DNA from: Akkermansia muciniphila
GTDB taxonomy: Bacteria; Verrucomicrobiota; Verrucomicrobiia; Opitutales; Opitutaceae
DNA length: 64,000 nucleotides
Assembly (NCBI GenBank): GCA_945888375.1
Contig: CAMCZZ010000007.1
Span: forward strand, 689-64,688
Direction of reading: 5' to 3'
A program made the position numbers and the translations under genes. Every line of letters begins with the position of its first letter. The first letter of the stretch is position 1. The notes beneath the pieces were generated by a model. The model had not been told where the DNA came from. It was given only the letters and a program-made list of their open reading frames with translations, and did not search any database. Below are positions 58,739-64,000 of this stretch, one piece after another.

Positions 58739-60064
58739 TCAGGGCTTTTCGGTGGCAGCTGGGAGGGCGTGGACGAAGGCGGTGAATTGGTCGCCGCGAT
58801 CGGCGTAGCTCCGGAATTGGTCTAGGCTGGCGAAGCCGGGGCTGAGCAGGGCGTGATCGCCGGTGCGGGCGATGGCGGCGAGGATCTGCACGGCCTCGGA
58901 CAGGTTCAGGCAAAGGGTGTGGGCCAGACCGGACTCGACGCAAGCCGCGGCGAGGATTTCGCGTGTTTCGCCAATCAGGGCGACATGGCGGACGCGGGGG
59001 CTGATGCGGTGGATGAAGCCGCGGAGATCGCCGCCCTTGGATTTGCCTCCGGCGATCAGCAGCACGGGGTTTTGAAAACGAGCCAGCGCGGCCTCGGCGG
59101 CGTGAAAATTGGTCGCCTTGGAATCATTCCACCAAGTGACTCCGCCGCGTGCGCCGAGGTTTTCCAGTCGGTGGCGCGAAGGGGCGAAGGTGCGGGCGGC
59201 GGTGTAGAGCACGGACTCGCGGAGGCCGGCGGCGCGCCACCAGGCGGAGACGAGCAGGAAGTTTTCGCGCTGGGGGTAGTCGGCGAAGACCGTGTTTTGC
59301 AGCAGCAGGTCGCCGGGCTCGTTTTCGGAGGCAACGCAAGCCTCGGCCGGTAGCGACTGGCCAAAGCGGGCGGCGTGGCTTTGGACGCTGGCGCCGACAT
59401 GCACGTGGCCGCCTACGCACCGTTCAAGCAAGTGCCATTTGGCTTCGAAATAGGCAGCCAGCCCCGGGTGTCGTTCGAGGTGATCCTCGGCGAAATTGGT
59501 CCAGATGACGCTGTCGGCGCGGAAGTGGCGGAAGGTCTCGGCCTGGAAGGAGCTGACTTCGCACACGGCGGTGCAATCGGGGCCGCCGCCGGCCCGGTCG
59601 ACAACGAGTTGGGCGAGCGGGAAACCGATGTTACCGGTGGCGACCGCGTCCCTGCCGGCGGCCAAGAGGGCGTGGGTAAGGAACTCGGTGGTCGAGGTTT
59701 TGCCGTTGGTTCCGGTGATGGCTACCAGTTCTCCGCGCCAGAAAAGCGAGGCGAAATCGAGTTCGCCGAGACAGAGCGCGCCGCAGGTGCGGGCGAGAGA
59801 AAGCCAGGGATGGGTGGGGGCAAAGCCGGGGGAAAACAGCACCAGTCCGCAGGTTTGGGCGTCGTCCGCGGAAAAAAGCGGGGCCGGGTGCGGCGCTTGG
59901 TCGCCAGGGGGCGGGGAAGATGAAGCTGAGGAGGCGTCGAAAAGGCGGGGCTCGGCGCCCAGGGCCCGGACGAGGTTAGCCAGGGCGCGACCGCTCACGC
60001 CGGCACCGAGAATGGCGACGGGGCGGGTGAGCAGCGGGCGGAGGAACTCGGGCGGGCGGAGCAT
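58739..60064 (-). CDS. murD: UDP-MurNAc-L-Ala--D-Glu ligase MurD
   Basis: VAILGAGVSGRALA, ITGTNGKTSTTEF. Position between mraY and ftsW. Confidence 0.88.
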   Translation of the reverse strand: MLRPPEFLRPLLTRPVAILGAGVSGRALANLVRALGAEPRLFDASSASSSPPPGDQAPHPAPLFSADDAQTCGLVLFSPGFAPTHPWLSLARTCGALCLGELDFASLFWRGELVAITGTNGKTSTTEFLTHALLAAGRDAVATGNIGFPLAQLVVDRAGGGPDCTAVCEVSSFQAETFRHFRADSVIWTNFAEDHLERHPGLAAYFEAKWHLLERCVGGHVHVGASVQSHAARFGQSLPAEACVASENEPGDLLLQNTVFADYPQRENFLLVSAWWRAAGLRESVLYTAARTFAPSRHRLENLGARGGVTWWNDSKATNFHAAEAALARFQNPVLLIAGGKSKGGDLRGFIHRISPRVRHVALIGETREILAAACVESGLAHTLCLNLSEAVQILAAIARTGDHALLSPGFASLDQFRSYADRGDQFTAFVHALPAATEKP

Positions 60065-60104
60065 GATTTTGAAAGGGCGCGGCGGGGTCGGCCTTCGGGC
60101 CTGG

Positions 60105-61229
60105 TCAGCGTAGTTTTAGGGTGGCGAGACCGGCGAGGGCGCACATCAGGGAGATCACCCAAAAGCGCAGCACGACCTTGGTCTCGGGCCAGCCGAGCTT
60201 CTGGAAGTGGTGGTGGATTGGGGCCATTTTGAAGAACCGCCTGCCTTCGCCGGTCGGACTGAGGCGTTTCGTGTATTTAAAATACCCGACTTGGATCATT
60301 ACCGACAGGGTCTCGGCCACAAAGACGCCTCCGACGATCAATAGGGTGAAGGGCTGCTGGACCATGAAGGCGATGACGCCGATCAAGCCGCCAAGGGCCA
60401 GTGAACCGGTATCGCCCATGAAGACCTCGGCCGGGTGCGAGTTATACCAAAGAAAGGCCAGGCCGGCGCCGACGAGCGCGGCGCAGACCACGGCGAGTTC
60501 ACCGGTGCCGGGCACGAAAGAGATCAGCAGGTAGCCGGCGATCTTGGCGTTGCCGGCGGCGTAGGCCATGATGCCATAGACGAGGGCCACGGTGATCGTG
60601 CAGCCGATGGCGAGGCCGTCCAGACCGTCGGTGAGGTTGATCGCATTGGAAAAGCCGACGATCCAGAAAAACATCAACACGAACAGGCCGACCAGGCCGA
60701 GACCCGCCCCGAAGACAAAGACGGGCTCCTTCAGAAAGGGCACCCAGAGCTCGCGGATTTTTTCGTGGCTAGTGGGATGCAACACGAGCGCGACCAGCGC
60801 GATCACGGTTACGAGGGTCTGGCAGATGATTTTTTCGCGCGAGCTGATGCCGTCTTTGTTTTTTCGAAGGACTTTCAGGTAGTCATCCCTAAAGCCGACG
60901 GCGGTGAGGGCGGCGTAGACGAAGAGTGCGACAAGCACCCAGATATTGGGCTCGGCCCAGAGCAGGGTGCTGAGAAAAACGGAACCGAAGATCAGCAGGC
61001 CGCCCATGGTGGGGGTGTGGCGCTTGTCGAACCGGGTGGCCAGGTCGCCGACGCGGGGGTCGTGATTTTCCCCGAATTTTAAGCGGCGAAGGCGGGTGAT
61101 GAGCCAAGGCCCGATCACGAAGCCGATGATGGTCGCGGTCAGCGCGGCGAGGAGCGCGCGGAAGGTGATGAAGCGCAGGAGGCGGAGCGGGCCCCAGAGG
61201 TTTTCGTAATCGGCGAGGAAGGAAAGCAC
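60105..61229 (-). CDS. mraY: Phospho-MurNAc-pentapeptide translocase MraY
   Basis: KRHTPTMGG, NAINLTDGLDGLA, FMGDTGSLALGG, APIHHHF. Confidence 0.95.
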   Translation of the reverse strand: MLSFLADYENLWGPLRLLRFITFRALLAALTATIIGFVIGPWLITRLRRLKFGENHDPRVGDLATRFDKRHTPTMGGLLIFGSVFLSTLLWAEPNIWVLVALFVYAALTAVGFRDDYLKVLRKNKDGISSREKIICQTLVTVIALVALVLHPTSHEKIRELWVPFLKEPVFVFGAGLGLVGLFVLMFFWIVGFSNAINLTDGLDGLAIGCTITVALVYGIMAYAAGNAKIAGYLLISFVPGTGELAVVCAALVGAGLAFLWYNSHPAEVFMGDTGSLALGGLIGVIAFMVQQPFTLLIVGGVFVAETLSVMIQVGYFKYTKRLSPTGEGRRFFKMAPIHHHFQKLGWPETKVVLRFWVISLMCALAGLATLKLR

Positions 61230-61249
61230 GGCGGAGGAGGGAGAATGGT

Positions 61250-62635
61250 TTACAACGAGGTGCCGGGGAGGTCGGCCACGGTGACGTTGGGTAAAAGCAG
61301 GGATTCTAGCTGATAGCGGCGGGAACCCTTGATAAAGACGGCGCCGCGGTGGGTTTCGAAGCGGCTGCGGAGGGATGCCAGATCCCCGGCGGTGACGTCA
61401 GGGTGGTCGGCGCCGTTGACCACGGCTGCGGCGGCCTCGCGGCCCGCGAGCACCAGGGCGGAGTCGCCGCTGCGCAGGGTGCCGGCCAAGGCTACGCCAA
61501 GCTTGCGGTGGTAGGCGATGGCTTCTTCGCCCAGCTCCTCCATGCCGCCGATCAGAAAAAGGCGCGGTTGATTGGCCGGGGCCATGCCGGCGAAGGCGGT
61601 CAGGGCGTCGTGCATGGAGGCGGGGTTGGCGTTGTAGCAATCCACGTAGAGCCAGCGGCCCGCGTGGTCGCGGCAGATTTCGCCACGCAGGGCGGCGGGT
61701 TCCCAGTCGAGCAGACGGCGCTGGGCGTCGCCGGGAGAGACGCCGAGTTGCAGGGCGGCGGCGAGGGCCAGGGCGACGTTCCGGGCCATGCCATCGGAGA
61801 CACGTCGGCAGGTAAAAAAGACTTCCCCGGCGGTGGCGGGATCGAGATGGGGCGGGGTAAAGCGGAGGGTGGTGCCCTCCGAGCCGTGCCGGATCTTGGG
61901 GTCTAGGGCGATAGCGGGGGCGGGGAGCTGGCGGAAGGCGGCGTAATCCAGGCAGAATTGGGGGAAAAATTTCGCAGAACCGGCTCGGGCGCGGGCCAGC
62001 AAAATGGACTTTTCGCGGGCCACGTTTTCCAGCGACCCCAGGGCTTCGAGGTGGGCCGGGCCGACGTGGGTAACCAGCGCCAGATCGGGCTCGATCATTC
62101 GAGCGAGGACCTCCATCTCGCCGGGGCCGCCGATACCGGCCTCGATCACGGCATAGCGGTGCGTGGTGTGGTTGAGCTTGGTGAGCGTCAGGGGGACGCC
62201 GAGGTGATTGTTAAGATTACCACTGGTGGCGAGCACGTCGCCCGGAGCGGTGGAGAGAAGCCGGGCGAGCAGTTCCTTGGTGGAGGTCTTCCCCACGCTG
62301 CCGGTCACGCCGATGACGATGCCGGGGAAATCTCGGCGGTGGGCGGCGGCGATGGCTTGCAAGGCGGCGAGGGGGTCGTCGACCACGAGCTGGGGCAGGT
62401 CGATCGCTGGATCGGCGCGCGAGACGAGGGCGGCGCCGGCGCCGGCGGCCTGCGCTGCGGCCAGATAGTCGTGCCCGTCCCGGCGGGCGGTTTTCAAGGC
62501 GACGAAGCAGTGACCGGGCACGAGCTCGCGCGTGTCTATGCCGAAGCCGGTGACGCAGGCGCCCGCTGCGGGCTCGCGGGTCCACCGGCCGCGAGCGGCA
62601 TAGGCGAGGTAAATATGGGGGAATTCCGTATTCAC
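61250..62635 (-). CDS. murF: UDP-MurNAc-tripeptide--D-Ala-D-Ala ligase MurF
   Basis: GVTGSVGKTSTKEL P-loop and a Mur ligase middle domain. Lies upstream of mraY. Confidence 0.88.
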   Translation of the reverse strand: MNTEFPHIYLAYAARGRWTREPAAGACVTGFGIDTRELVPGHCFVALKTARRDGHDYLAAAQAAGAGAALVSRADPAIDLPQLVVDDPLAALQAIAAAHRRDFPGIVIGVTGSVGKTSTKELLARLLSTAPGDVLATSGNLNNHLGVPLTLTKLNHTTHRYAVIEAGIGGPGEMEVLARMIEPDLALVTHVGPAHLEALGSLENVAREKSILLARARAGSAKFFPQFCLDYAAFRQLPAPAIALDPKIRHGSEGTTLRFTPPHLDPATAGEVFFTCRRVSDGMARNVALALAAALQLGVSPGDAQRRLLDWEPAALRGEICRDHAGRWLYVDCYNANPASMHDALTAFAGMAPANQPRLFLIGGMEELGEEAIAYHRKLGVALAGTLRSGDSALVLAGREAAAAVVNGADHPDVTAGDLASLRSRFETHRGAVFIKGSRRYQLESLLLPNVTVADLPGTSL

Positions 62636-64000
62636 GGTTGGGGGCGGAGGCGTTTAAGGCGGATGAGTTCGCGCAGGATCTGGCGGTCATCGAAGGGCGT
62701 TATGGTGTCCGCGAATTCCTGATACGTTTCGTGGCCTTTGCCGGCGACGAGGAGGCAGTCGCCCGGACGGCAGAGGTCCAGGGCCAGGCTCAGGGCGCGG
62801 CGGCGATCCTCGATCCAGGTGAACTTTTCCGGACGGGTGACGCCGGCGCGCATGTCCTCGAAGATGGCGGAAACGGTTTCGCCGCGAGGGTTGTCGGCGG
62901 TGACCAGGGCGAGGTCGGCGTGCTCCTCGACGGCGCGGGTCATCAGCGGTCGCTTGGTGCGGTCTCGGTTGCCCCCGCAGCCAAAGACGCAGATCACGCG
63001 GCCGGGGGTGATCGGGCGGAGCATGCCGAGGGCATTCCGCAGGGCGTCATCGGTGTGGGCGTAATCGACCAGAACGTTGAAGGCTTGGTCTTCCTCGACC
63101 CGCTCCATGCGGCCGGGCACGCCGGGAAACAGGGCGAGGCGGGCGAGGAAGGCGTGCGGATTGCGGCCCAGCCCGTAGGCGACTGCGGCGGCGGCAAGCA
63201 CGTTGGCCACGTTATAGCGCCCGAGCAACGGGGAGCGGACGCGGGCGCGGCCTTCGGGCCAGACTACGGTGAAGGTGGTTTCCTTGAAGCCGAGTTCGAT
63301 TTGTTCGGCGCGGAAATCGGCGGTGGCGGATTCGCCAAAGGTGATCACGCGGGAGGCGCCGGCGGGGATGAGGGTGGCGAGGCGGCGCCCGTGGGCATCG
63401 TCGGCGTTGAGCACGGACACGGGCGGGATAGGTCCGCTGGCCCCGGTGAAGAGGCGGGACTTGACTTCGAAATAGGCCTCGAGGGTCCCGTGGTAGTCGA
63501 GGTGGTCCTGGGTAAGGTTGGTGAAGACGGCGGCGGCGAAGCCCAGCCCGAGCACGCGGCGCTGGTCGATCCCGTGCGAACTCACCTCCATCACGGCCTC
63601 CCGGCAACCGGCCTCGCGCATCTGGGCGAGCATGCCGAAGATATCGGGCGCCTCGGGGGTGGTTTTAAAGGAGGGCACCACGCGGGCGCCAAGATCGTAG
63701 GTGATGGTGCCGAGCAGGCCGACGCGGTGGTTTTCTTCGAGGAAAAGTTTGGCGAGGTGCGTGACGGTGGTTTTGCCGTTGGTTCCGGTGACGCCAACCA
63801 CGTTCAGAGCGGCGTCGGGCTCGCGGTGGAGACGGCGGGCGGCGCGGGCGAGGGCGGCGCGGGGATCAGGGACTTGGATAAAAGTTACTTTCGCGGGGGC
63901 GGCGGCGGGCTCGGTGGCGGATACGATGGCGACGGCGCCGCGGCTGACGGCCTCGGCCACGTGTATGGCGCCGTCGGTGCGAAGGCCGGGAAGGGCGAAA
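62632..64000 (-). CDS. murE: UDP-MurNAc-L-Ala-D-Glu--2,6-diaminopimelate ligase MurE (5' end beyond the window)
   Basis: GVTGTNGKTTVTHL P-loop and DNPRGE motif. The frame stays open to 64000 (FALPGLRTDGAIHVAEAVSRGA), so the N-terminus is truncated by the window edge. Confidence 0.88.
   Translation of the reverse strand, partial: FALPGLRTDGAIHVAEAVSRGAVAIVSATEPAAAPAKVTFIQVPDPRAALARAARRLHREPDAALNVVGVTGTNGKTTVTHLAKLFLEENHRVGLLGTITYDLGARVVPSFKTTPEAPDIFGMLAQMREAGCREAVMEVSSHGIDQRRVLGLGFAAAVFTNLTQDHLDYHGTLEAYFEVKSRLFTGASGPIPPVSVLNADDAHGRRLATLIPAGASRVITFGESATADFRAEQIELGFKETTFTVVWPEGRARVRSPLLGRYNVANVLAAAAVAYGLGRNPHAFLARLALFPGVPGRMERVEEDQAFNVLVDYAHTDDALRNALGMLRPITPGRVICVFGCGGNRDRTKRPLMTRAVEEHADLALVTADNPRGETVSAIFEDMRAGVTRPEKFTWIEDRRRALSLALDLCRPGDCLLVAGKGHETYQEFADTITPFDDRQILRELIRLKRLRPQP

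Overview
High-GC (~65% from a few hand-counted lines) bacterial chromosome segment. All calls come from reading the sequence and ORF translations, with no database search.

Layout, left to right:
1. 0.1-8.7 kb: a heavy-metal module. It holds czcC-czcB-(P-II-like)-czcA, a TPMT-like methyltransferase, and a divergent CsoR/RcnR-family repressor with an RcnA-type Ni/Co exporter.
2. 8.7-16.4 kb: a tightly coupled 4-gene Type III R-M operon. A DUF3696-type AAA ATPase gene and a PIN-like gene are nested between mod and res.
3. 16.5-32.3 kb: a phage-satellite-like island next to tRNA-Ser(GGA). It carries integrase, excisionase, a two-gene QueC-like cargo module, primase, helicase, an iteron cluster, a 1.6 kb ORF-free structured region, and a head-only morphogenesis module (terS, terL, portal-MuF fusion, protease/scaffold, decoration protein, major capsid). 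No tail genes are present.
4. 32.5-47.1 kb: nuoB-nuoN with no nuoA. The intercistronic gaps hold three sequence-distinct families of large inverted-repeat elements plus one direct-repeat leader.
5. 47.3-48.1 kb: a DUF429-like gene.
6. 48.2-64.0 kb, minus strand: the dcw cluster murE(partial)-murF-mraY-murD-LysM lipoprotein-ftsW-murG-murC/murB fusion-ddl-ftsQ-ftsA-ftsZ.

Best candidates for something undescribed:
- the QueC-like two-gene cargo module (27.5-30.5 kb);
- the ATPase+PIN pair embedded in the Type III R-M operon (11.5-13.4 kb);
- the 1.6 kb non-coding structured region inside the island (22.5-24.1 kb);
- the paired hairpin-element families inside the nuo operon.

Many long ORFs in the six-frame track are antisense or frame artefacts of high GC and were not called.
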